A model generated the notes under the pieces. That model made no database searches and had not been told where the DNA came from. It was given only the letters and a program-made list of their open reading frames with translations. Position numbers and translations under genes: made by a program. A stretch of DNA of 44,019 nt from Candidatus Omnitrophota bacterium (GTDB lineage: Bacteria; Omnitrophota; Gorgyraeia; 1-14-0-20-64-10): NCBI GenBank assembly GCA_023248095.1, contig JAHFFF010000001.1, forward strand, positions 1 through 44,019, given 5' to 3'. Position 1 is the stretch's first letter; every line of letters starts with the position of its first letter. Of this stretch, positions 1 to 8,504 are shown piece after piece.

Positions 1-344
1 TGACTGCCCCACCGCTCATAGGCGCGGAGGACCACCTCCGTATCCGATTGGCTTCGGAAGGAGCAGCCGGCGGAAGAAAGCTCTTTCCTCAGCTCCCGGA
101 AGTTGTATATCTCCCCGTTAAACAGGAGCCAGACATCTCCTGATTCCCCGGCCATCGGTTGGCGGGCCGCGGAGGATAAGTCGATGACCTTCAGACGAGT
201 GTGGCTTAACCCCACCCCATCGCAAGGGATCACGGAATTTTGTTCATCCGGGCCCCGATGACGCAGGAGGTGCGCCATCGCTGAAATCTCTGGAACGGTG
301 ACTGGGCTTTTATCCCAGTGAACGAGTCCGGCTAATCCGCACAT
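1..344 (-). CDS. Asparagine synthetase-type (class II glutamine) amidotransferase, N-terminal fragment; the gene continues past the left edge
   Basis: Not in the ORF track because it is truncated. Reverse translation from the ATG at 344-342 reads MCGLAGLVHWDKSPVTVPEISAMAHLLRHRGPDEQ...FNGEIYNFRELR...SDTEV. The Met-Cys2 Ntn nucleophile and the HRGPD and NGEIYN motifs are typical of the AsnB family. It starts immediately after the stop (345-347) of the upstream gene. Confidence 0.8.
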   Translation of the reverse strand, partial: MCGLAGLVHWDKSPVTVPEISAMAHLLRHRGPDEQNSVIPCDGVGLSHTRLKVIDLSSAARQPMAGESGDVWLLFNGEIYNFRELRKELSSAGCSFRSQSDTEVVLRAYERWGS

Positions 345-1358
345 TTACCAACGTCTCCTGCTAGCCACCCACGCATTCACACCCCATCGGATCCAGGAGG
401 AATTGGACCATTCCCATTCCCCCAAATAGACCACGGTCTTACCACCGAATCCCTGCTTGAAGTGGTTGATCCCCGCCGCCGATGGGGTCCCGGGGAGGAT
501 CCCTCCGAAATCAAAACGCCGGACTCCTCGGGATGAGAGCAGCTTGAACAGCTGTGGGATCATGGCATAGGCCGCGGAGATCTCACGCCCTTTGCGCGCT
601 GTGGCCGCCCTCCAATAGAAAGCACTCTGCCCCTTCAACAAAACCAAACAGGCGGTAACGGCCTCATCCCCCACATAGCCGACCAAGGTCGGGGCGTTCT
701 CTCGGAAGGCACTGGCCAGTCGCTGGAGATCCCCCCGATCTACTGCCAAGGTCCTTTTGGCGTAGGACATCTCAGCGTGAAGACGTCCTAAATCAGAGAT
801 CAACGATTCTGAGGTTCCCCACTCCCATCGGAATCCATTCTCTTCCAGACGGCGTACGAGGTAGCGGTGTTTCTTGTCCATGCCGGTTTGGAGCTGTTCC
901 ATCGAGAGGGAGAGATCCAGCTGCACCGTGGCGCCGCTTCCCAGCCGCCGACGTGGAGGCCGACAGAATCTTGAGAGTCCCTGAATCGCTCTTTCGGAAG
1001 AGGACTGCAGGAGGTAAAAACGGACATAGGCCGCACGATGGGCTTGGCCGATTTCCTTCAATCCCGCCGAGAGGATATCGCCCCAATCCTCATCGGCACT
1101 TTCGGGGAAATTGATCACCGGGCCGCCGGGGGCCCACAGAAGCGAACGTCCGAGGGGAAGCGGCCTCCGCAGGAGTTGGACGGCGCAGAGGATTCTGTTC
1201 CCATTGCCCTCGGCGATCCATCGTTGCGGTTGCCACCCCATCCGCCGTTTATAGTTGGCCCACGCGGAGGACTGAAACGGATTGTCATCGTAGGCGCCGG
1301 CCAGTAGGCTGTCCCACTCGGCCCCGCCCCTCTCAGCGGGAAATGGCTTCCAGTGCAT
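345..1358 (-). CDS. FemAB-family (GNAT-fold) aminoacyl/acyl transferase
   Basis: 337 aa ORF. It has the N-terminal ...NPFQSSAWANYKRRMGWQP... motif and the C-terminal ...AAYAMIPQLFK...FDFGGI...GINHFKQGFGG... pattern typical of FemAB/FemX-like proteins found in EPS loci. ATG at 1358. Confidence 0.7.
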   Translation of the reverse strand: MHWKPFPAERGGAEWDSLLAGAYDDNPFQSSAWANYKRRMGWQPQRWIAEGNGNRILCAVQLLRRPLPLGRSLLWAPGGPVINFPESADEDWGDILSAGLKEIGQAHRAAYVRFYLLQSSSERAIQGLSRFCRPPRRRLGSGATVQLDLSLSMEQLQTGMDKKHRYLVRRLEENGFRWEWGTSESLISDLGRLHAEMSYAKRTLAVDRGDLQRLASAFRENAPTLVGYVGDEAVTACLVLLKGQSAFYWRAATARKGREISAAYAMIPQLFKLLSSRGVRRFDFGGILPGTPSAAGINHFKQGFGGKTVVYLGEWEWSNSSWIRWGVNAWVASRRRW

Positions 1359-2349
1359 TGGATCGGTTCCTGCAGGATCGGTTTTTTAAACGGAGGTACC
1401 CCTGTCGGGCGAATAGGGAGGAGAAGCCGGGTGCGTGCTGGACCAGGAACCGCTCCAACCCCGAAGGATACGGTCGAGGTCTGACCCCGAGCTCCGGGTG
1501 AAAGAACAATTCGGAGTAGCCCGAGGAAGCCTCAAGGCGGCCTTCTCGGAAAGAAGCCCACCTTTGGAGCCATTCCGCCAGGAGAAGGCGGTTCGTCTCA
1601 AAGGGCCCATGCCGTCCACGTCGGTGCAGAGTCCTTCCCCGGAGGCGGCAGAGGAACCGGTACAGCAGTGCCGGATGCAGATGATGGAGCTCCATCATGA
1701 AATCCTTTCTTAAAACCCGGTCCAACTCCCTCTGCACCTGTTGGAATATCGGTTCGGGAAAGAGTTGAAATGCTTGCACGGACCAGGCTCCTGCCAGCGA
1801 TCCATTGGCCAGCGGCAGGCGTGACGCATCGGCACAGATCAGAAGTACGCAGCGGGGTTGATCGGCCAGAAGCCGCTGGGCCAGGAGGAGGTTCCCCAGT
1901 GATAGGTCAATCCCGATTACCCGAGGTCCCGGCTCGGCGTTCTTCCAATGCCACGAATAGCCTGTTCCAATATCCAGCAGCCAATCGCCTGCAGAGAAAT
2001 GACTTCGGAAATGGTGGGCATACCTTCCCATCAGAGGAACGGAATGGTGCTTCCCTGCGACACTCAAAAGATCCGCGGTGTCGTTACGCAACTGCTCTGA
2101 TGCTGCCTGGTTGCGGAAGGCCATCTCCTCTGCCTGAAGGCCCTCGGGGCCAGGACCGGAAGAGGCAAAGACGGGGATTCCTTCAACCAAAGGGGTTGTG
2201 GACCCACAACTGCCGCAGCGCAGGGATTTCCCCGCCGCCTCCAGAACCAATCTTGCCTGGCAATCTGGACAGGCCAAGACCTCTGTTAAGGCGGCTTCGA
2301 GCAGATCGGACTGGGAAACGGTTGCCACTAAATCCATCCTCGGATCCAA
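1333..2349 (-). CDS. Class I SAM-dependent methyltransferase with N-terminal Trm112-like zinc ribbon
   Basis: CPDC...(14 aa)...CGSCG Cys4 ribbon at the N-terminus. SAM motif I-like WLLDIGTGYSWHW and a downstream ADASRLPLANGSLAG acidic-loop region. Overlaps both neighbouring genes. Confidence 0.7.
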   Translation of the reverse strand: MDPRMDLVATVSQSDLLEAALTEVLACPDCQARLVLEAAGKSLRCGSCGSTTPLVEGIPVFASSGPGPEGLQAEEMAFRNQAASEQLRNDTADLLSVAGKHHSVPLMGRYAHHFRSHFSAGDWLLDIGTGYSWHWKNAEPGPRVIGIDLSLGNLLLAQRLLADQPRCVLLICADASRLPLANGSLAGAWSVQAFQLFPEPIFQQVQRELDRVLRKDFMMELHHLHPALLYRFLCRLRGRTLHRRGRHGPFETNRLLLAEWLQRWASFREGRLEASSGYSELFFHPELGVRPRPYPSGLERFLVQHAPGFSSLFARQGYLRLKNRSCRNRSNALEAISR

Positions 2350-5315
2350 TAGATCAGGATTCCCAAGTACTCCTGAAGGATCCCTATCACCTGACGGATC
2401 CGGACGGTTTCTTCCCGTGCGTAAAATCCGCTGTTCCTCAGGGGGAGGTAGCTGACCTTCAGGCTCGGCGCGTTTTTCGCGAAGGTGAAGGCGGCTCTAC
2501 GCGTATGATACGGACTGGTGACCACGAGGATTGAACTCCATCCCTGCTTAGCGGCCCTCTCCTTGACCCGAAGGACATAGTCATAGGTGTGGTGGACCCG
2601 GGTTTCGGTAAGGATGGCGGAGGAGGGTACGTTCAGGGATTCGGCCAGTGCCTGCATGATGTCGGCTTCATGAAAGGTCCTCGTATAGCCGGACACGAAA
2701 AGCAAGACCGGTGCCATCTGCTTCTTGTACCAGCCGACTCCCTCTAAGACCCGTTCCTGATACCCCTCCCCGGTTTGCCCGGACTCCCCCACCCCACCGG
2801 CGAAGACTACCACCGCGTCGGTATGGTGCGGGGTATCCTGAACGACCAGCGGTTTACCGATGAACCACAGCAGGGGGCTATGCAGGAAAATGGTCGCCGC
2901 CAGTAAAAACCCGATTCCCCAGCCCAGTAGCCGGCGATAGGTGCGAAGGGAGGCTCCGAAACGGACCGACCAATCGTTGGTCGAGACCATCTCCTTCGCC
3001 TCGATCGCCTCTTGGATGAGTTCCTGCATCTTTTGGATTCTCTGGCCCCAGCTGTTTTCCTCTGCTGCTTCCATGCGTAGGGCCTGTCGTCTTGGGGAGT
3101 CTTCCTTTAATACCTGCTCGATCTCCTCTCGGAACTGGAGGGCCCCCCCCGCAATTCGCACCAATCCCCTGGTGCGCTCATTGATGGCCAGTACCTCCGG
3201 CAGAGGGGTTGAAACGACCGGTTTTCCCATGACATGGTACTCGTTGAGTTTGGTAGGGTAAACATTCTTGGTGTATTCAGTCAACCGGTAAGGAATGATG
3301 CCGACGTCAAAATGCCGGATGTAGCGCGGCAGTTCCTCATGCGGCTTCTGACCGATGAGGAAGATGTTGGGTTCTGCCCGGAGGCGATCGGCGTTCGTCT
3401 GGATCGGCCCCACCAGCAAAAAGGAGTAATCTGGACAAGCTCGAGCTGTTTGCACCAAAAGATCCTGATCGATCCACTGATGAATGCCGCCGATGTAGCC
3501 CACCACTGGCCTGCGCAGCGAGAGCAGCTCCGCAGGTACCCCGTCTCTCCCGGAGTCTGAACTCCTTTTAAAATTCTCCAGGTTAACGCCAAAAGGAAAT
3601 AGGTGAACGCGTGAACTCCATCGGGAAGCCATCTCAAAGAGCTTGCGGGAGGTCACGAACACCAAATCTGCCTGCTGCAGGAGCGCCTTCTCGCTGGCGA
3701 GGATCCGGTGGGCGGCAGGTGTGGAATCCGCGAAGCTGTCGATGCAATAGTAAATGAGCGCCCTGGGTGAAGACCTCTGAATCAGTTCGAGCGTCAAGGG
3801 GGTAGGTAGAAATGTCCAGCAGATGGGCTGCCGGAACTCCATGATGTTCACCCATCGCTTAAGGGCAAAGGCCATCCAGGCGGCGTTGATCCGTCGTGCA
3901 AGACGCGAGTAAGGGAAAGGCAGAACCAGGGGAGAGAAGACGTAGAGGTTATCCGCCACCTCCCAGAATCCCTGAAGGGAGCGGCGCCATTTGCCCAGGC
4001 GGAGTTTCATCCGGGGAAAATCGCTGAACTGGGGATTGCGGACACCGGTGTTCTCGACAAAGAGCACTCGGTGCCCTTGCCGCGCCAGCGTGGACATGAT
4101 CTCCTGATGACCCTGCCAAACAAAGTCCCAATCGATGGAGGAGATACAGAGCACGTCCTGGAGAGTCTCCGTGGATGCAGGTTTCGGTGTGAGCGGTTCC
4201 CTGTGCGGTGGTGAGCGCCTCTTCCGTGAGGGAAGGGTCTCCTCCAAGGTTCCAAGGAATCTTGGTGTTAGGTGGGTGAGCGAGTACTGTTCTTCAACGG
4301 ACTGGCGTCCAGCCTCGCCCAATTGACGTCGCAGCTTGGGGTTATCTAGGAGCTCGGAGAGTGATTCAACCCATTGCTCAGCAGACTGGACCAATAATCC
4401 ATTGGTTCGATGGCGGAGGATTTCCGTGTTCATGCCGATTGCGGAGGCGACCACCGGTACGCCGGAGGCCATAAACTGCAACGCCTTGTAGCCGCATTTC
4501 CCTCTCGACCATTGGTCATCCCACAACGGATAGAGCCCGATGTCGCAGGTCCGGAATTCCTCCGCCTCTGTTCCAAGACCCCAGGTCCGGCAATCCACGT
4601 CGACGTTGGGGATCTGGATTTGCTCACCTGCCCCGATAACTCTCAGCCGGAATCGGTGGGTCCGAGCGAGCTGTCTAAATACGGGTGCTAGGCTGAGCAG
4701 GTACTTTGCCGTGCTGGGGCTACCGATCCACCCAAGGATCGGATTTGCATCGTGCCGATTGTTTGCTGAGGGAAAGTACCGACTCGTATCGACCGGTGTG
4801 GGGATACAGTGGACACGTGGGTTCAGGCGCCCCGCGTACTCGGCCAAGAAGGTGTTTCCAGCAATCACCTGCTGGCTCATGCCGATGAGGTTTTGAACGG
4901 AACCTGGATTTTCGAGTTTACCGGCGAGACCCCGGTTCTGCCGATGAGGCAGAAAGATCGCGTCGTCGAAATCGTAAATAATAGGGCACCCGGTTCTTCG
5001 CAATTCTCCATCGAGCAGGGCCATGCCCGCGGATACCCCCAAGGGAAACAGTTCCCGATGAATGAAGAGCAAGTCGTAGCGCTCGCAACGGAGGATCTTC
5101 CGCCTCGTTCCGGTCCCTCTCAGGAGCCAATGGGCCTTGTCTCCCCACCGCCGGGGCGCATAAAGTGACTCCAAGGCCTCGGAAGGGAAAAATGGATGGA
5201 AGGTCGTTTCGTAGCCTTCCCGTCGTAGCGATGAATCATAGGCCAGTACGCGGTAACGGGTCGAGGCGACCTCCTTCGGGTGGGTTGCTAGAAAGAGGAT
5301 CCGTGCCTTAGCCAT
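2328..5315 (-). CDS. Tri-domain fusion: GT4 glycosyltransferase + second GT-B (GT4/TuaH-like) glycosyltransferase + TM segment + DUF218 (YdcF/ElyC-like) domain
   Basis: The ORF track gives 2328..5462. I prefer the ATG at 5315 (MAKARILFLATHP...) because it lies 5 nt after the upstream stop (5320-5322). Domain 1 reads ...GWIGSPSTAKYL...KALQFMASGVPVVAS...NGLLV. Domain 2 reads VLCISSIDWDFVWQGHQEIM...VVGYIGG...YPTKLNEYHVMGKPVVST. A TM helix (LLGWGIGFLLAATIFL) follows, then DUF218-like VVVFAGG...SGYTRTFHEADIM...TSPYHTRRA. Confidence 0.75.
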   Translation of the reverse strand: MAKARILFLATHPKEVASTRYRVLAYDSSLRREGYETTFHPFFPSEALESLYAPRRWGDKAHWLLRGTGTRRKILRCERYDLLFIHRELFPLGVSAGMALLDGELRRTGCPIIYDFDDAIFLPHRQNRGLAGKLENPGSVQNLIGMSQQVIAGNTFLAEYAGRLNPRVHCIPTPVDTSRYFPSANNRHDANPILGWIGSPSTAKYLLSLAPVFRQLARTHRFRLRVIGAGEQIQIPNVDVDCRTWGLGTEAEEFRTCDIGLYPLWDDQWSRGKCGYKALQFMASGVPVVASAIGMNTEILRHRTNGLLVQSAEQWVESLSELLDNPKLRRQLGEAGRQSVEEQYSLTHLTPRFLGTLEETLPSRKRRSPPHREPLTPKPASTETLQDVLCISSIDWDFVWQGHQEIMSTLARQGHRVLFVENTGVRNPQFSDFPRMKLRLGKWRRSLQGFWEVADNLYVFSPLVLPFPYSRLARRINAAWMAFALKRWVNIMEFRQPICWTFLPTPLTLELIQRSSPRALIYYCIDSFADSTPAAHRILASEKALLQQADLVFVTSRKLFEMASRWSSRVHLFPFGVNLENFKRSSDSGRDGVPAELLSLRRPVVGYIGGIHQWIDQDLLVQTARACPDYSFLLVGPIQTNADRLRAEPNIFLIGQKPHEELPRYIRHFDVGIIPYRLTEYTKNVYPTKLNEYHVMGKPVVSTPLPEVLAINERTRGLVRIAGGALQFREEIEQVLKEDSPRRQALRMEAAEENSWGQRIQKMQELIQEAIEAKEMVSTNDWSVRFGASLRTYRRLLGWGIGFLLAATIFLHSPLLWFIGKPLVVQDTPHHTDAVVVFAGGVGESGQTGEGYQERVLEGVGWYKKQMAPVLLFVSGYTRTFHEADIMQALAESLNVPSSAILTETRVHHTYDYVLRVKERAAKQGWSSILVVTSPYHTRRAAFTFAKNAPSLKVSYLPLRNSGFYAREETVRIRQVIGILQEYLGILIYWIRGWI

Positions 5316-5319
5316 TTGC

Positions 5320-6054
5320 TCAACGCCCTCTGCAGAGCCTTCTCCCTGCCTCCCGGAACTCAAAAAAGACCCTTGGGATAGGCATCTGCTTCTCCGCCCG
5401 AAGGGTTTCCGGTACCGTGAAATGAGCCAGGGCTTCCCGGATGAGCGGCAGGTATTGCCCATCTAGCGACGGGAGACTTCCCAGGGTAAATTGCAGCATC
5501 TCGGGATTGCTGGCGAGTTGCTCAACGCTCGGCAGCTTCCCGGCGGGGTCACGGAAGGGGACCCCGCCCGCAACGTGCCATGCGGTCCATCGTCCACGGA
5601 TTTTCGCGAACGAGAGGATCGCCACCCAGTCCGCACCCGGCAGGGCACTGCTGCGGATCGGTCTCCAGAATGAGGGAATGCCTGAGTAAGTCGCCAATGT
5701 GGTGAAGACATCCGCCATTTGGTCTTCTTCGCCGTAGCCCCGGATGATGATGTGGCTGATATGGTCATCCACTACCGGCCACTCGGGTGGAGCGGGCCGG
5801 ATATGATCGTGGGTCCACAAGAGCAACGCGTTGGCCTTCATTTCCTCGGTGGTGAGGCCGCGGGTCAGCCGATTGGCGAGATCCCGGTATTCATAATCCC
5901 TCAGCAGAAACTCTGTCCACTTGACGACCCAAGGGATGCGTCTGGTCGTGACCTGAAAATTGGTGGCCTGCCTCGTGGCCACCGGTACTACCAACAAGCC
6001 GAGGAGGCCCCCCAGGATCAAACAGGCGAACAATACCTTCTTGGAGAAACGCAT
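5320..6054 (-). CDS. Signal-anchored protein with degenerate transglutaminase-like core (catalytic Cys not conserved)
   Basis: Start moved to the ATG at 6054 (MRFSKKVLFACLILGGLLGLLVV, an N-terminal hydrophobic anchor). The longer track ORF (to 6288) overlaps the upstream gene. RGYGEEDQMADVFTTLATYSGIPS resembles the TGase-core G-x-G-x-C-x-D-F-A motif, but with Glu where the Cys nucleophile is expected. Confidence 0.4.
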   Translation of the reverse strand: MRFSKKVLFACLILGGLLGLLVVPVATRQATNFQVTTRRIPWVVKWTEFLLRDYEYRDLANRLTRGLTTEEMKANALLLWTHDHIRPAPPEWPVVDDHISHIIIRGYGEEDQMADVFTTLATYSGIPSFWRPIRSSALPGADWVAILSFAKIRGRWTAWHVAGGVPFRDPAGKLPSVEQLASNPEMLQFTLGSLPSLDGQYLPLIREALAHFTVPETLRAEKQMPIPRVFFEFREAGRRLCRGR

Positions 6055-6068
6055 GAGGAGGGACCCCT

Positions 6069-7385
6069 TTAGTGTTGGTTGGAAGGGGCCGTCGCTGCCC
6101 GGCCCTGCATCCGGTGATGCAACAGCAGAATGCAAACACCCAACAGAAGGATTCCGTAAAAAGGCAGGGACCACCAGAGGTACATCCAGGAGTACATATG
6201 CTCCCATACGGGATGGGGGGGGAGCCGATTCAGCAGCCCTCCTGGGATGAGCATCCCGGTGAAGGTGTAGGCCAGCCCGAACAGGCACTTCTCACGCAGC
6301 GGGAAGGTCCGGCCCTGTTGAACCAGGAGCAGCCCCACGAAGACGAACGCTGGGAGTACCAAGATGGCATAATGGACCCGAGAGGCCTGTGAAATGACAA
6401 AGATCATCACCAGGGTGAGAGAGATCTCCAGCAAATGTGACTGCCACTTTCCCTCCCTGGTCTGCACCCCCCATTTTCGTCGGATAAAGAAGAGCCACCC
6501 GAGCCCGGCCAAGATTTTGAGAACCCCCGCCGTACCAAATGCCAGCGCCGGATTTGGGACCGGCATGTAGCTGCCCACCCGAATGTAGTGCATAAAGGGG
6601 GTTGGGGGAACAGGCCGGGCAAACCAGCGATTCACGGTGCCGCTCAAGGTCTGCATCTCCACGCTGGCTCCCGGCGCATTGCCCTCATGCTTGTGGTCGA
6701 TAAAAAGGCCAACCGCTTGCCGAAAGAACCCGGAGGAAAGGCTCTGCGGTCCGAAGGAGGCGTAGAGCGTTGCACAGACAAGCGCAACACCGATCAAAGA
6801 GCCCAGGAGGACCTTCCATTGCCTCTTAACGCAGAAGTGGGCCAGTAGGAGGGCTGGCATGTATTTGAGATTGGCGGCCAGCATCACAAGCCCACCGCAC
6901 AGCATATCCCTCTTCCTTCGAAAGGCAAGGATTCCAAGGCAGATCAGAAAAAACTCAACTCCTTCCACCTTATGCTGAGCAAGGGTTTCTAGAAAGGGTT
7001 GGAAATTGACCACCAGCACCGTTGCGACTCCATACGCCATAAGGGGAGGGGAGCCCTGCCCGAGCCAGGCCGCCTGGGCCAAGCAAACGACAGCCAGCGG
7101 GAAGAGAAGGAATTGGAGGAAGTAGAAGAAGTAGGTGAGATTTTGTCGTCCACCCAAAATGGTATCCAGGATCAGGAGAATGGTGTAGTAGAAAGGGGGA
7201 TGCGGGTGGCCGAGGCTCTCTTTCTTTAGGTCCGGGATGAGGGTCAATCGCCATTCCTTGGCCTCTTGGTATACCCGGTTAAAATCACCGCTCGATGTCC
7301 CCTGGAAAACGCTGTACCGCATGACAGAGTAACCCAAATGGAATGCCGTGTAACTGAGCAAGAGGACCCAGAAGAGCTTCTTCAT
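6069..7385 (-). CDS. Polytopic membrane glycosyltransferase, GT87/DUF2029-like (GT-C fold)
   Basis: The ATG at 7385 forms an ATGA overlap with the upstream stop (7382-7384). At least 9 hydrophobic segments. N-terminal ...SSGDFNRVYQEAKEW...HPHPPFYY... resembles the first-loop signature of DUF2029/GT87 polyprenyl-P-sugar dependent transferases. Confidence 0.55.
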   Translation of the reverse strand: MKKLFWVLLLSYTAFHLGYSVMRYSVFQGTSSGDFNRVYQEAKEWRLTLIPDLKKESLGHPHPPFYYTILLILDTILGGRQNLTYFFYFLQFLLFPLAVVCLAQAAWLGQGSPPLMAYGVATVLVVNFQPFLETLAQHKVEGVEFFLICLGILAFRRKRDMLCGGLVMLAANLKYMPALLLAHFCVKRQWKVLLGSLIGVALVCATLYASFGPQSLSSGFFRQAVGLFIDHKHEGNAPGASVEMQTLSGTVNRWFARPVPPTPFMHYIRVGSYMPVPNPALAFGTAGVLKILAGLGWLFFIRRKWGVQTREGKWQSHLLEISLTLVMIFVISQASRVHYAILVLPAFVFVGLLLVQQGRTFPLREKCLFGLAYTFTGMLIPGGLLNRLPPHPVWEHMYSWMYLWWSLPFYGILLLGVCILLLHHRMQGRAATAPSNQH

Positions 7386-8104
7386 GAGCGGTTTCCCGCC
7401 ATCCGCCCGAGGCATAGCCGGCAGACCGTTTTCAACGCACGCAGGATCTCGGTGCGGGAGATCTTAGACTCCCCCAGGCGCCTGGAGTTGATCACAATGG
7501 GGATCTGGGAAATCGAGAAACCTCGGCGCGAGATTTGGAAGATGAGCTCAATCAGGAAGGCATTCCCCTCCGATTGGACCCCATCGAAATGGATCTGTCT
7601 GAGCAGGGAGGTTCGGTAGTGCCGAAAGCCCCCGGTGCAGTCGTAGGGGATTCCCAGCAGGTGCACCGTCAGTCGGTGCGCCGCGTAGGTGAGGAGACGG
7701 CGGGGGAGACTCCACCCCGGCAACCCCCCCCCTTTGAGATAGCGTGAGCCGACCACGACATCGCTGGTGCTGCCCTTGCTCAGCATCTCCCTCAGATACT
7801 CTGGGGAGTGGGCAAAATCGGCATCCATGGTCATCACGGCTGCGTAGTTGTTTTGAATCGCGTAACGGAAGCCCTCCTTGTGGGCCGAGCCTACACCCAG
7901 TTTGCCGCTGCGGCGGATGACCTTCAGCGGGAATTCATTCGAAAAGGTCTCAGCCAGCTGGGCCGTCCCATCAGGCGAGTTGTCGTCAATGATGAGGAGA
8001 TCCAGCGGAAGCGCCTGGGTTCCGATCTGACGGAGCAGCTGCGGAATGTTGGCCGCCTCGTTGTAGGTCGGGATCACCAGCAACGTGTCGAACCGTTTGG
8101 CCAT
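7382..8104 (-). CDS. GT2 polyprenyl-phosphate hexose synthase (Dpm1/Ppm1/GtrB-like)
   Basis: Start at ATG 8104 (MAKRFDTLLVIPTYNEAANI...); the track ORF extends to 8257. LLIIDDNSPDGT, KLGVGSAHKEGF and TMDADFAHSPEYL are classic dolichyl/polyprenyl-phosphate mannose synthase motifs. Confidence 0.8.
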   Translation of the reverse strand: MAKRFDTLLVIPTYNEAANIPQLLRQIGTQALPLDLLIIDDNSPDGTAQLAETFSNEFPLKVIRRSGKLGVGSAHKEGFRYAIQNNYAAVMTMDADFAHSPEYLREMLSKGSTSDVVVGSRYLKGGGLPGWSLPRRLLTYAAHRLTVHLLGIPYDCTGGFRHYRTSLLRQIHFDGVQSEGNAFLIELIFQISRRGFSISQIPIVINSRRLGESKISRTEILRALKTVCRLCLGRMAGNRS

Positions 8105-8502
8105 CAGACGGCATCCCTGCGCCTGAGGGCCCGCTTGCCGATGAATCGAGACAAATGCCGGAGGAGGCTGTTCTCCCTCAGCGAGTTCCAATCGCCCCGA
8201 TAGAGCAACCCCGGGCAGACCACCAGCAGGCCAATGAGGCGGAGCGCCACCCCCCACAGCCCGATTTCCTTCCGGGTCAGATAAATCGTGATCCCGTTCG
8301 CAAGGATCGCCGATGCAAGGAGGGCGCAGAGTGCCTTAAATCGGTCCGCGCCTCGAAGCGCTTCCGGCAGCCCAGTCCAAGCCATCAGCTTCTGCGATTC
8401 CCGTGCAATGCCCTGAGCAAATCCCTCCACGCACCGCGAGGCCATGGAAACCAGGAGGCTTCCTGCAAGATAATCCCGACGGAACCCACCCGGATCACCC
8501 AT
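8104..8502 (-). CDS. Small hypothetical membrane protein (about 2 TM)
   Basis: 132 aa. Its ATG at 8502 lies 2 nt after the upstream TAG (8505-8507), and its stop overlaps the next start (TGATG at 8102-8106). This tight coupling supports a real gene. No recognisable motif. Confidence 0.45.
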   Translation of the reverse strand: MGDPGGFRRDYLAGSLLVSMASRCVEGFAQGIARESQKLMAWTGLPEALRGADRFKALCALLASAILANGITIYLTRKEIGLWGVALRLIGLLVVCPGLLYRGDWNSLRENSLLRHLSRFIGKRALRRRDAV

Positions 8503-8504
8503 CC

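Noticed and set aside
1770-2534. Numerous long plus-strand ORFs in the track (for example 1770..2534, 10842..11606, 22895..23656, 28361..29206, 36431..37393, 38052..38960 and 40310..41161)
   Set aside because: Each lies entirely antisense to a minus-strand gene that has clear family motifs. Their translations are Arg/Pro/Gly-rich and low-complexity with no recognisable motif, which is typical of shadow ORFs in GC-rich DNA.
8104-8502. Small membrane protein upstream of the Dpm1/GtrB-like synthase considered as a GtrA-type flippase
   Set aside because: Only about 2 hydrophobic segments are present rather than the 4 TM helices of GtrA, and none of the GtrA-like sequence pattern is recognisable.
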